Source: Candidatus Heimdallarchaeota archaeon
Lineage (GTDB): Archaea > Asgardarchaeota > Heimdallarchaeia > Heimdallarchaeales > Heimdallarchaeaceae
DNA length: 64,000 nt
Assembly: GCA_021399395.1 (NCBI GenBank)
Contig: JAAFKJ010000047.1
Location: 657 to 64,656, forward strand
Direction of reading: 5' to 3'
In this document: positions 38,250 to 47,452 of the stretch, in pieces
Numbering within the stretch: position 1 is the first letter of the stretch
Layout of the letters: every line of letters begins with the position of its first letter
Position numbers and translations under genes: made by a program
Notes under the pieces: model-generated
What the model saw: only the letters and a program-made list of their open reading frames with translations
What the model was told of the DNA's origin: nothing
Databases searched by the model: none

Positions 38250-38617
38250 ATGTGAGGATTATGGAAAACATAATTATAGTTAAACTGAAAGATTTCATTA
38301 ATAAGATTGACAGAGCAGCAGGTATTCAACTAGTTATGATTTTCATGACTCTTGTTGCTTTTATTATACTATTATATATTCAAAAGTATCTGCCAAGTTT
38401 TGAAGGCTCTCAAACCAAATTAATTATTGTTGATATTCTTTTAGGGGTTGGTTTGTTAATTGAATTTGGTTATTTCATATGGCATACCAATAAACAAGGA
38501 AAAGAGGAAAGCACTAAAAAGGCAGAAAACAAAGAATCCACAGCAGAAAACTCAGTGGAAATAGAGAATTTAGTAGAAACAGAAAATAAGGAAGTTATTC
38601 CAGAAAAGGACAAATAA
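38246..38617 (+). CDS. Small membrane protein (2 TM) with charged C-terminal tail
   Basis: 123-aa ORF whose ATG overlaps the mutL stop (ATGA). It has two hydrophobic segments. Confidence 0.45.
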   Translation: MNVRIMENIIIVKLKDFINKIDRAAGIQLVMIFMTLVAFIILLYIQKYLPSFEGSQTKLIIVDILLGVGLLIEFGYFIWHTNKQGKEESTKKAENKESTAENSVEIENLVETENKEVIPEKDK

Positions 38618-38621
38618 ATCT

Positions 38622-39026
38622 CTACTTCTTATTTTTACTCTTTCGTTTTCCATAAATTTCTTCTATTTTTTCTTTTGACAACATAACAGGGATTCCTTCT
38701 TTTATCGCATATTCATGGTTTTTATCTTCACTACAAAAGATTTTACCGTTCAGAATATCAATTTGAAAACATTGTTTACAGTCGTCTAGATTTACATATT
38801 CTTTAATTTGTGTTATCGATTTAGCTGCTTCCTCACCTTTGCCATCTACTGTAACTAACATGAATTGTTTAAAATTGCAGAAAAATCCACAAATTACACC
38901 AGTGTCTGGGTTTTCTAAAGGTAATGATATAATTTCATCTTCCTTCACTTCTTGAGTAATTTCCAACTTCAAAGGCCAAGATTTGTCAATAGGACAAGCC
39001 AATAAATCCATCAATCTATGTTTCAT
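38622..39026 (-). CDS. Trm112-like methyltransferase activator, long (eukaryote-length) form
   Basis: The N-terminal LMDLLACPIDKSWPLKL and C-terminal YAIKEGIPVML are the two halves of the Trm112/DUF343 zinc-knuckle fold. They are separated by a roughly 80-aa insert containing extra Cys pairs. Confidence 0.6.
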   Translation of the reverse strand: MKHRLMDLLACPIDKSWPLKLEITQEVKEDEIISLPLENPDTGVICGFFCNFKQFMLVTVDGKGEEAAKSITQIKEYVNLDDCKQCFQIDILNGKIFCSEDKNHEYAIKEGIPVMLSKEKIEEIYGKRKSKNKK

Positions 39027-39071
39027 TAACCTCCTTTAGAAGAGCATGAATAATAATTTTACTATCAAAAA

Positions 39072-39803
39072 TCATTTTTCCATAATTGATGTAATATAAT
39101 TATGATCTAATTTCTCATAGCGTTCTATAGAACCAATGTCTTCCCAATAAACATCTTTTGGCACATAAGCAGACATCTGCTCTTGTTTTGCAAACTGAGG
39201 AAAGATATCTCTTGATAAATCCACACTTATATTCTCGTTGAAATCATTGAGATAATTAAATATAACTGGTTCCAAAACACTAATTCCTGTATTCACAAAA
39301 AGTGGAATCTCAGGTTTCTCTACAAATTTTGTCACCTTATTTTCTAAGTTAATCTCAGCTGTTCCAACTCTTAATTTCCATCCTTTTGATGCCAAAATTG
39401 TTGCCCAAGTTTTTTGTTTATGATGGTAAGATAACATATCTGTAAAATCAACATTAGTAATTATATCAGAAAAATATATTATCAATCTTTTATTTTCTAA
39501 AAACTCTCTTGCATTTAACAATGCAGTACCTGTCCCCACAGGACCAGGTTTATCGGGAACATAAGTCAAGTTCATACCAAGTTTGTTTCCGTCCCCAAAA
39601 TAACCTTCAATTTGCTCCTTCTTATAATTCACTAGAAGAACGACATCATTTATTTTATGTCTCTTGAAATGTTTTAAAACATACTCCAATATAGGAACTT
39701 GATTTACTCCAATAGGCAGCATTACTTTTTGCATGTAGTAGGTTAATGGTCGCATTCTTGTCCCTTCCCCACCACAGAAAAGAACTCCAGTAGTATCCGA
39801 CAT
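39072..39803 (-). CDS. Sugar-phosphate nucleotidyltransferase (NTP_transferase family)
   Basis: Contains the signature GVLFCGGEGTRMRPLT...KVMLPI. The start is placed at the internal ATG (MSDTTG). The ORF extends to 39875. Confidence 0.8.
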   Translation of the reverse strand: MSDTTGVLFCGGEGTRMRPLTYYMQKVMLPIGVNQVPILEYVLKHFKRHKINDVVLLVNYKKEQIEGYFGDGNKLGMNLTYVPDKPGPVGTGTALLNAREFLENKRLIIYFSDIITNVDFTDMLSYHHKQKTWATILASKGWKLRVGTAEINLENKVTKFVEKPEIPLFVNTGISVLEPVIFNYLNDFNENISVDLSRDIFPQFAKQEQMSAYVPKDVYWEDIGSIERYEKLDHNYITSIMEK

Positions 39804-39938
39804 CTCAGATGAAAGACTAAAATAACATTGATATTTGTTGTGATTTGCACAAAATGTAATAATATTTTTCCTCAAATGCTATTAAGTCATTTTCAGCTTA
39901 AGAAATTCTTATTAACTCTGAAAGCATGTATATTAAAC

Positions 39939-40595
39939 ATGGATACGTCTAGAACATCTACTTTAGATGAGATTTCGCAGAAGCTCAAAGATAATATTGC
40001 ATTGAACTACTGGAAAGGCAGAGGAAACAGACAAACTTTCCGAGAGGATGTTAAAAAACTTGTAGCTAATGAGATATTAACGAAAGATGAGTATAATTAT
40101 TTGTTAAAGAATGAACGTAGAGTGTTAGTAAAAACTCAACTTATTCATCTTATACCCGAATTACAATCGCAAGAGGTTGTAGAAAAAACGCTCAAACATC
40201 TTTCCAACGTTGTTTTTAGTAAGAAATACAAAGAAGCAGAAACAAGAAAAGAGGAACTAGAAAATCAATTAATATCCCAAATATCTGAACATCTCCATTC
40301 AACACTTCATCCAAAAGTAACTACAATTAATGAAGCATTTTCTTTTATTAAAAGTTTAATAGAAGAAAGTTCAGATCTTACAAAAGAATATCTAAAAATC
40401 TCAAATCAACTTTTAGAGATAAGAGATGTCTTTCTTGAACAAGGGAAAAGTCCTATGCTTCTGCACGATTTAGAGAAACTGTCAACCAAGATGATTTTTG
40501 CTTCAAAAAGCAATGAACCAGCAGAACAACCAACAAAAGAAGAGTTGATTTCTATATTAACTGATATACAAATTAGCTCAGGTGTTTCTCAGTAG
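39939..40595 (+). CDS. Hypothetical helical/coiled-coil protein
   Basis: The start is placed at ATG 39939 (MDTSRTS), because the upstream part of the ORF overlaps the divergent gene. No family recognised. Confidence 0.4.
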   Translation: MDTSRTSTLDEISQKLKDNIALNYWKGRGNRQTFREDVKKLVANEILTKDEYNYLLKNERRVLVKTQLIHLIPELQSQEVVEKTLKHLSNVVFSKKYKEAETRKEELENQLISQISEHLHSTLHPKVTTINEAFSFIKSLIEESSDLTKEYLKISNQLLEIRDVFLEQGKSPMLLHDLEKLSTKMIFASKSNEPAEQPTKEELISILTDIQISSGVSQ

Positions 40596-40693
40596 AGGAA
40601 TCTATTTCATCCCCATATTTCGCTCTTTTCTTCTATACTTGGTAAAGCAAAATATTTTATAATGAAGCATAGTTTAGTTTTTAGAACCAATTT

Positions 40694-41878
40694 TTGGAGA
40701 GAAAGCGTTTGAACAGAATTAAAACAATTGCATCAGAATCAGTAACAGAAGGTCATCCAGATAAAATCTGTGATCAGATATCAGATGCGATTTTAGATGA
40801 ACTTATCAAAAAAGATCCTGATGCTCATGTTGCTTGTGAGTGCTTTGTAACAACAGGACTTGTGTTATTGGGTGGAGAGATAACAACCACTAAACCAGTT
40901 ATTATAGATTACGAGAAAATTGTTCGTTCAACAATCAAAGAGATTGGTTATGATGATTCTAGTATAGGATTTGATTACAGAGGTTGTGCGATTATTAACA
41001 CTATACATTCCCAATCTCCGGACATTGCACAAGGAGTGAGAAAGGATGAAGTTGAAGAGCAAGGTGCTGGGGATCAAGGAATTATGTATGGTTATGCAAC
41101 TAATGAAACACCAGAGTTTATGCCTCTCCCCATTGTTTTAGCACATAAACTTACACAAAAACTTACAGATGTTCGCAAAAAGGGAATTCTACCTTTTCTT
41201 AGACCTGATGGTAAATCATTGGTAGCAGTTGAGTATAAAGATGATAAACCCTTCAGAATCGCAGCGATTGTAATAGCAGCTCAACATACACAAGAAGCTA
41301 CTAACGAAGAAATAGATAAAGGAATTAGAAAAGAAGTTATTGAAACTATTGTCGATAAGAAATTAGTAGATGAAAAAACAAAAATATTCATTAACAGAAC
41401 TGGCAGATTCGTCACAGGTGGCCCTCATGGAGATGCGGGGTTAACAGGTAGAAAAATTATTGTAGACACTTATGGTGGCGTTGATTCCCATGGAGGAGGA
41501 GCTTTCTCTGGGAAAGACCCTTCAAAGGTTGATCGTTCTGCGTCTTATGCGGCTAGATATATGGCCAAGAATGTTGTTGCAGCAGGTTTAGCAGATAAAT
41601 GCGAAATTCAGGTTTCCTATGCGATAGGAGAACCCCAACCTCTAGCTGTCAACGTTGAGTGTTTTGGAACAGAAAAAGTAGATAAAGACAAACTACAAAA
41701 AGCAGTTTTAAACGTATTTGACTTTAGACCTGGAAAAATAATCAAGCATCTTGATTTGAAAAAACCAATTTACAAAAAGACATCTTGTTATGGTCATTTT
41801 GGAAGAAACTTGCCAGAATTTACTTGGGAAAAGACAGACAAAGTTGATGAGCTGAAAAGAGCTTTAAATATCGAATAA
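40694..41878 (+). CDS. metK: S-adenosylmethionine synthetase, bacterial/eukaryotic MetK type (non-AUG start)
   Basis: Contains [31 protein letters not shown] and [16 protein letters not shown]. There is no in-frame ATG upstream of the conserved N-terminus, so the start is TTG 40694 or TTG 40709. Confidence 0.9.
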   Translation: MERKRLNRIKTIASESVTEGHPDKICDQISDAILDELIKKDPDAHVACECFVTTGLVLLGGEITTTKPVIIDYEKIVRSTIKEIGYDDSSIGFDYRGCAIINTIHSQSPDIAQGVRKDEVEEQGAGDQGIMYGYATNETPEFMPLPIVLAHKLTQKLTDVRKKGILPFLRPDGKSLVAVEYKDDKPFRIAAIVIAAQHTQEATNEEIDKGIRKEVIETIVDKKLVDEKTKIFINRTGRFVTGGPHGDAGLTGRKIIVDTYGGVDSHGGGAFSGKDPSKVDRSASYAARYMAKNVVAAGLADKCEIQVSYAIGEPQPLAVNVECFGTEKVDKDKLQKAVLNVFDFRPGKIIKHLDLKKPIYKKTSCYGHFGRNLPEFTWEKTDKVDELKRALNIE

Positions 41879-41940
41879 GAGATAATTCATTATTTCTATT
41901 CACAAACATTTTTTATCTATAAATTGTTACGTCCGAAAGT

Positions 41941-42615
41941 ATGTGCGCAAATGAGAGCTCTAAGGTCAAAAAAATAATAATTAAAATTTTGACTGAAGAA
42001 AAGCCCAAAACTGTAAGAAAATTATCGGAAAGGGCAGTAGAGCTTTCTAAAAAGGATAAGAATCTTATATATAATTCAATCAGAGAGATGGAACAAGAGG
42101 GAGAGATTCGTTTAGGTTCTGAGAAAATTGAAAGAAAATTACCTAAAACAATTTCCCAGTATTTTCTACAAATTCATTATTATTCAATAGAATTTTGGAC
42201 ATTGATTGTACTAACTACTATTTTCTTTCTAACTGTCCTTCTAATTCCTCAAGGTTCCCCTTTCTACTTCCTAAGAGTTATCATGGGCGTCACCTATGGT
42301 TTTGTAATTCCGGGTTGGGCGATTAGTAGTATAATATTTCCTAAACTCTATGAAACAATTGACCAAATTGAAAGAACATTGCTTGCAATAGGAATAAATG
42401 TTGGAACTATGATATTTGGAGGTTTGATTTTAGATCAAATATGGGCGATAGATAATTTACCATTTGTAATTGTTCTTGGTTCTCTTACCATAGTTTCTGC
42501 TATAGGATCAGGAATAATTAGAATATTGATTGGATCTGATAAGATAACCTTGTTACAGCTTAGAATAAAAGATAGAATATTCAAGAAGGATGAGAGAGAT
42601 GAAAAGGAAAATTAG
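41941..42615 (+). CDS. wHTH-like N-terminus plus DUF1616-like membrane domain
   Basis: 224-aa ORF. The TM region (FLRVIMGVTYGFVIPGWAISSIIFPK...IERTLLAIGINVG) resembles the N-terminal membrane part of archaeal DUF1616 proteins. Confidence 0.5.
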   Translation: MCANESSKVKKIIIKILTEEKPKTVRKLSERAVELSKKDKNLIYNSIREMEQEGEIRLGSEKIERKLPKTISQYFLQIHYYSIEFWTLIVLTTIFFLTVLLIPQGSPFYFLRVIMGVTYGFVIPGWAISSIIFPKLYETIDQIERTLLAIGINVGTMIFGGLILDQIWAIDNLPFVIVLGSLTIVSAIGSGIIRILIGSDKITLLQLRIKDRIFKKDERDEKEN

Positions 42616-43123
42616 ATTCATCATAATCACTATTTGTTGTTTTTTGATTGTAATAGCAATGTCAATGCCTATTACTTCACAAACTCAGCAAACTGCCCTT
42701 CTTGCCATTCAACAAGCTGATGATAAATTACTCGAGGTAGTTTCATCCTTGGAAGAAGCTTCAAGGTCTAACATAGATATTCGAGACCTGGTAATTACTA
42801 CAGAGGATGCACGTCAATTAATTGCAATTGCAAAGGAGATGTATAATGAAGCAAGTTATACTGCAGCTTATAGCAATGCAATTAACGCAAATGAAGAACT
42901 TGATTCAGTAGTTGATGAAGTCGAATTAAGAACTGACAATAATCAGCAGAATAGAACAATCTTATTTTCACTTCTTGGAGTATTTTCTGCCATTTTTACC
43001 GGTTTGGTTATCTTTCTAATCATTAGAAAAGGATACCCCTGGTATTTAGAGAAGCGCAATGAAGAATTTGGTAAGCTAGAAATACAGTATATTGAGAAAA
43101 CTGAAGGTGTTAAAGATGAGTAA
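42599..43123 (+). CDS. Secreted helical protein with C-proximal TM segment
   Basis: Has a signal-like N-terminus, a helical ectodomain and a TM segment (ILFSLLGVFSAIFTGLVIFLII). It overlaps both neighbouring genes. Confidence 0.4.
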   Translation: MKRKIRFIIITICCFLIVIAMSMPITSQTQQTALLAIQQADDKLLEVVSSLEEASRSNIDIRDLVITTEDARQLIAIAKEMYNEASYTAAYSNAINANEELDSVVDEVELRTDNNQQNRTILFSLLGVFSAIFTGLVIFLIIRKGYPWYLEKRNEEFGKLEIQYIEKTEGVKDE

Positions 43124-43715
43124 AAAACTATTATCATCTCAAAAGAAGAGATTACTAACTGTAGCCATTTTTACAGTACTTATTATCTCAATAATAGCCA
43201 TAGCATCCAGCATTTTCTTCCCTACTACTAGTAGCGGATTCAGTGAACTATCTCTTTTAACCTATAATGATTCGTCACAAACATTTGAAGCAGATAGATA
43301 TCCATATTCTCTTGAATCAGGAGTAAATAGAACTATTTTCTTTATGGTGAAGAACTTTGAAGATGTTGTAAAATATTATCAGATTCAGATTAAGGTCACC
43401 AAAATCTCTCAGAACGCCACATATGAATATCCTTTGAATTCAGCCAAATCCCATCTACTTTATGAAAATGATACTTATGAAAAGATTCTCTCTCCTGCTA
43501 CAAGAAATGAAAAAAGAGAAAGTGGAACTTTTTCAGGTGATTATATTTGGAGCCCTGTAAACGTTACTCTATATTCTAATGCACTTGTTGAAGCTGTATT
43601 AGAAGGAGATGATTTTATGAAAATAGTTTTTGAATTATGGGAATTTAACTCAACAAGTAATAGTTTTGAGTATTCAGGAATTTTCACATTTTTAGAGCTA
43701 CTATATTACTATTAG
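43116..43715 (+). CDS. DUF1616-like extracellular domain protein (N-terminal TM anchor)
   Basis: The segment FSELSLLTYNDSSQTFEADRYPYSLESGVNRTIFFMVKNFEDVVKYYQIQIKV resembles the C-terminal ectodomain of DUF1616 proteins. ATG 43116 overlaps the upstream stop. Confidence 0.45.
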   Translation: MSKKLLSSQKKRLLTVAIFTVLIISIIAIASSIFFPTTSSGFSELSLLTYNDSSQTFEADRYPYSLESGVNRTIFFMVKNFEDVVKYYQIQIKVTKISQNATYEYPLNSAKSHLLYENDTYEKILSPATRNEKRESGTFSGDYIWSPVNVTLYSNALVEAVLEGDDFMKIVFELWEFNSTSNSFEYSGIFTFLELLYYY

Positions 43716-43725
43716 GTGACTGAGT

Positions 43726-44373
43726 TTGGTGCTAAAATTACTAGTGTTGTCTGACATTCACAATCAAGATATAACTTTGAAAGCTATATTACAAGCTGTA
43801 GAAAAATTTGGAGGTAAACCAGATTTCTGTTTGATTGCTGGAGATATAACTAATTTTGGAACCACCAGAAATTTAGAGGATATACTAAATATTATAGTTG
43901 ACCAAATTCCTAATACATTCTATGTCATCGGAAATTGTGATCCAGTTACAGATGGTGTTAATCTAGAAACTTCTGCGATAGATGTTGAAGCTAAATCTCA
44001 GGAAATGGGCTCTTACTCAATCATAGGTTTTGGAACACACAAACCTAAATTGGACCAAAAGAAGCTGAAGAAACTCAAAAAGGTTAACAAACAAGTATGT
44101 TTGCTTACACATGCACCGCCCTTCAAGACATCGACCGATATGGTGTACCCGAATAGGCATGTGGGATCTAAACAGCTTAGAGAATTTATTGAAAAAAATG
44201 AGCACATATTCTTATCAATTTCAGGACACATACATGATTCTCCAGCAATATCAAAACTAAATAATTGTACAATTGTAAACCCCGGTCCTGTAACTACAGG
44301 AAACTTTGCTATTATTGAAATTCAAAAGAATTTAAAGATTAAAGGAAAAATATACAACTTATACGAGCTGTAG
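43726..44373 (+). CDS. Calcineurin-like metallophosphoesterase
   Basis: Contains VLSDIHN, AGDITNFG, GNCD and SGHIHDSP. It has a TTG/GTG start with GGTGA upstream. Confidence 0.8.
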   Translation: MVLKLLVLSDIHNQDITLKAILQAVEKFGGKPDFCLIAGDITNFGTTRNLEDILNIIVDQIPNTFYVIGNCDPVTDGVNLETSAIDVEAKSQEMGSYSIIGFGTHKPKLDQKKLKKLKKVNKQVCLLTHAPPFKTSTDMVYPNRHVGSKQLREFIEKNEHIFLSISGHIHDSPAISKLNNCTIVNPGPVTTGNFAIIEIQKNLKIKGKIYNLYEL

Positions 44374-44379
44374 GCAAAA

Positions 44380-45042
44380 ATGTCAAACAAGGAATACAAA
44401 ATGAAATATATTCCTACAAAATCAGAATTTAGGAAGATTATTTCTAAAGCTCATATCATTGTTAAAAAAGAGCTTCATACAGAAACTAACAAGAAATTTC
44501 ACTCTCTTGAACATACACTTAGAGTTGTCAACACATGTTTATTTCTCTCTGAGAAGCTAGATGCTTATGTAGATGTTGTTGTACTTGCAGCAATATTTCA
44601 TGACATAGGCCGACCAATTGAAAGTAAAACTGGCAGATGTCATGCTGAAATAGGTGCAGAACAAGCTGAGCAATTTCTAAATCAGGAAGGCTTGATTGAC
44701 CTAACCAAGGATGTCTGTGATGCAATAAAATCACATAGATTCAGTAAAAATATTGAACCTATCTCTTTGGAAGCTAAAATCCTCCAGGATGCGGACACTC
44801 TTGATGCCCTAGGGGCCTTAGGTCTTTACAGAACACTAGGTTTCAGTTTTGAAAGAGGATTGAATCTAGATGAATCCATAGAACACTTCCATGATAAACT
44901 GTTCAAATTATCATCGAGGATGCATTTCCCAGAATCCAAAAAATTGGCTGAGGAAAAAGAAAAAATCCTATATGATTTTGTTGAAGGTGTTGATTTAGAT
45001 AAAGAAAAATCCGATTTTAATAATATCTTGAATCAGTTGTAG
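44380..45042 (+). CDS. HD-domain phosphohydrolase
   Basis: Contains HSLEHTLRV and FHDIGR (the H...HD motif), followed by DADTLDA. Confidence 0.8.
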   Translation: MSNKEYKMKYIPTKSEFRKIISKAHIIVKKELHTETNKKFHSLEHTLRVVNTCLFLSEKLDAYVDVVVLAAIFHDIGRPIESKTGRCHAEIGAEQAEQFLNQEGLIDLTKDVCDAIKSHRFSKNIEPISLEAKILQDADTLDALGALGLYRTLGFSFERGLNLDESIEHFHDKLFKLSSRMHFPESKKLAEEKEKILYDFVEGVDLDKEKSDFNNILNQL

Positions 45043-45120
45043 AGAATATGGTAAAGAAGCAGAATCTTAAATATACCTTAAACCATAATTTTTACTTGAG
45101 CAGTAAAGCTAGGTGAATAT

Positions 45121-45819
45121 ATGACCACTCTCAATAATGGCGACATTGTAAATTTGAACTATACAGGTAGAACTAAGGAAGATGACAAAGTAGTTGATAC
45201 TACAATAGAGAGCATAGCAAAAAAAGAAAATATCTTCGATGAGAAAGTTATCTATAGGCCTTTTACACTAATCGTTGGGAAGAAATGGCTACCTAGTGGT
45301 TTGGAAGAAGCATTAATAGGCATGAAAGAAGGCCAGAAGAAAACTATTGAAATAGATGCAAAAAATGGTTTTGGACTCAGAGATCGTTCCAAAATCAGAT
45401 TAATTCAAAGAAGAGAATTTCAAAGACATCAGATTAAACCAAAGGAAGACATGAAAGTAGAAATAGGGGGTCAAACAGGAAGAATCCTCAAAGTTTCAAG
45501 CAGTAGAGTCAAAGTCGATTTCAACCACGATTTAGCTGGTATGGATTTAATTTATGAGGTTGAGATCGTAAAGAAAATCACTGACATTAAAGAACAATTC
45601 ATCTGTTTACTTGAAAAACGGTTACCAGGAGTAGATTTCTCACCAACAAAAATCAACATCAAAAATAAGGTTGTTGAAGTTGAGCTGCCTAAAGATACTC
45701 GATTCATGGAGTATATTCAATTTATCAGAAATGGCGTATCGAGAGATTTAGGAGAAATAACTAACAAGTTTGATAAGATAACCTTTATTGAGCATTATGA
45801 TATTGAAAAGAAGAAATAA
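45121..45819 (+). CDS. FKBP-type peptidyl-prolyl cis-trans isomerase (long archaeal form)
   Basis: Has an FKBP core (GDIVNLNYTGRT..DDKVVDTT ... VDFNHDLAG) plus an insert-in-flap and a C-terminal domain. Confidence 0.8.
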   Translation: MTTLNNGDIVNLNYTGRTKEDDKVVDTTIESIAKKENIFDEKVIYRPFTLIVGKKWLPSGLEEALIGMKEGQKKTIEIDAKNGFGLRDRSKIRLIQRREFQRHQIKPKEDMKVEIGGQTGRILKVSSSRVKVDFNHDLAGMDLIYEVEIVKKITDIKEQFICLLEKRLPGVDFSPTKINIKNKVVEVELPKDTRFMEYIQFIRNGVSRDLGEITNKFDKITFIEHYDIEKKK

Positions 45820-45828
45820 TCTACTAAG

Positions 45829-46266
45829 TTATTTCGTTATTTTCTCTCCTTCTACCAATACTAGTTGATAGTTGAGAGGGCAATTTATTTTCCCTAAATT
45901 CTTTAGAATTTTAATCTTGGTTGTTTTACTGTACTTTTCTGAAACGCAATAATCATAGTTTTCACATAGAATTTCAACACAATCAATAGTTTCTCTTGTA
46001 ACAACCACATTATCAAGATATTTCTGTTGTCTAACTGATATTTTATCATTTTTTTGTTTCAATTCACAAACAACCATCATACTATTATCAATCAAACAAG
46101 GATGTTCTTTCTCCCTAACTTGTATAACTTCATATGTACTACCAGTTTCTAAAGAATTTACACATACAGAAAGTAGGTTGCATTTTTGACAAGTTTGAGT
46201 ACTGCCAAGATGCGTAAACTGATATCCTTTTTGCGCAACACCCTTAGGTACCAATGAGATTACCAT
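45829..46266 (-). CDS. UPF0179 family protein
   Basis: The segment LVPKGVAQKGYQFTHLGSTQTCQKCNLLSVCVNSLETGSTYEVIQVREKEHPC matches the archaeal UPF0179 pattern. Confidence 0.6.
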   Translation of the reverse strand: MVISLVPKGVAQKGYQFTHLGSTQTCQKCNLLSVCVNSLETGSTYEVIQVREKEHPCLIDNSMMVVCELKQKNDKISVRQQKYLDNVVVTRETIDCVEILCENYDYCVSEKYSKTTKIKILKNLGKINCPLNYQLVLVEGEKITK

Positions 46267-46314
46267 TTCGTGGTAAGTAAAGTCATAGTGTTTTTTAATA
46301 TTCTCAATTAAGTG

Positions 46315-47382
46315 TCAGTTTATTACACCAGTAACTGTCGCTACTTTTACTGCAGCATCACTTGTTAAACCATCTTTTCCTAAAATAGTATAACGTTCAG
46401 GCCTTATACTATGAGCAGTTTCTAGAGCTTTAATCACTTCCTCGTCCTTCAATCCTAAATCTTTAGCAGTCACAGGTAAACCTAAGTGAATCATAATATT
46501 CTTTGTTGATTCCCAATCAAGATCGTGAAGATAACCCATCATAATACTACCCAGCGCACATTGTTCCCCATGCAATGCTGGTTTTTCTGCTATTGTGTCT
46601 AATGCATGACTGAACATATGTTCTGATCCACTTCCTGGTCTTGAAGACCCTGCTACACACATCGCAAGTGAGCTACTTATGAGGGCTTTTACAACAATTC
46701 TACTATATCCCGAAACTTGACTTTTGATTACATTAGCTTTTTTAGTTATAAGTTGGACCGTCATATCTGATAAAGCAATTGAATATTCACTGATCAGTTC
46801 ATTCTTTAGTCGATGAGAAAGCATCCAATCAGCTATTGCTGTCCCTTTGGCTAATAAATCGCCACATCCAGCAGCTGTGAATCTGTAAGGTGACTTATCA
46901 AGTATGATAGTATCTGCTACAACTGCTATAGGGGGGAGCGCTTGAATTGAATGTCGCTTATCTGAACCCATAATTGAAGCTCTCGAACTAGCTACGCCAT
47001 CATGGCTTGCAATAGTTGGTATAGAGATAAATCTCTGATTTGTTTTGTATGCTACAGATTTTGCGATATCTATGGGCCTTCCTCCGCCCAAACCTATAAC
47101 AAAATCTGGTTTAATTTCTTTATGAACCCCAATTTGTTTTTCAACTTCATCCATTGTACTATTTTGTATGATACTGGTGAAAACCTCAATATTACCATCA
47201 ATAAGAATATCCTCAACATCTTTTGCTATTCTAGTTCTGAGAAAATCATCAGTTAATAGTAATGCTTTTTTTCCAAGAGAAAGACGATCAACCACTTTTG
47301 GAACACTTTTTAGCATATCTGCCCCTAAACAAAGTAGAGTAGGAAGTTCGATAAATTTGAATTCATTTATAACACTGTTCAT
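46315..47382 (-). CDS. egsA: sn-Glycerol-1-phosphate dehydrogenase (archaeal lipid backbone enzyme)
   Basis: Contains GLGGGRPIDIAK, ASHDG and GSEHMFSHALD, the iron-ADH/DHQS-like G1PDH pattern. The start is at the internal ATG (MNSVINEF). Confidence 0.85.
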   Translation of the reverse strand: MNSVINEFKFIELPTLLCLGADMLKSVPKVVDRLSLGKKALLLTDDFLRTRIAKDVEDILIDGNIEVFTSIIQNSTMDEVEKQIGVHKEIKPDFVIGLGGGRPIDIAKSVAYKTNQRFISIPTIASHDGVASSRASIMGSDKRHSIQALPPIAVVADTIILDKSPYRFTAAGCGDLLAKGTAIADWMLSHRLKNELISEYSIALSDMTVQLITKKANVIKSQVSGYSRIVVKALISSSLAMCVAGSSRPGSGSEHMFSHALDTIAEKPALHGEQCALGSIMMGYLHDLDWESTKNIMIHLGLPVTAKDLGLKDEEVIKALETAHSIRPERYTILGKDGLTSDAAVKVATVTGVIN

Positions 47383-47452
47383 CTTAAAGATGAATTTTAA
47401 TAGGTTACTTTTATATTTTAACCTAAAATAGTACAAAATAGCTGAGGAGTCA

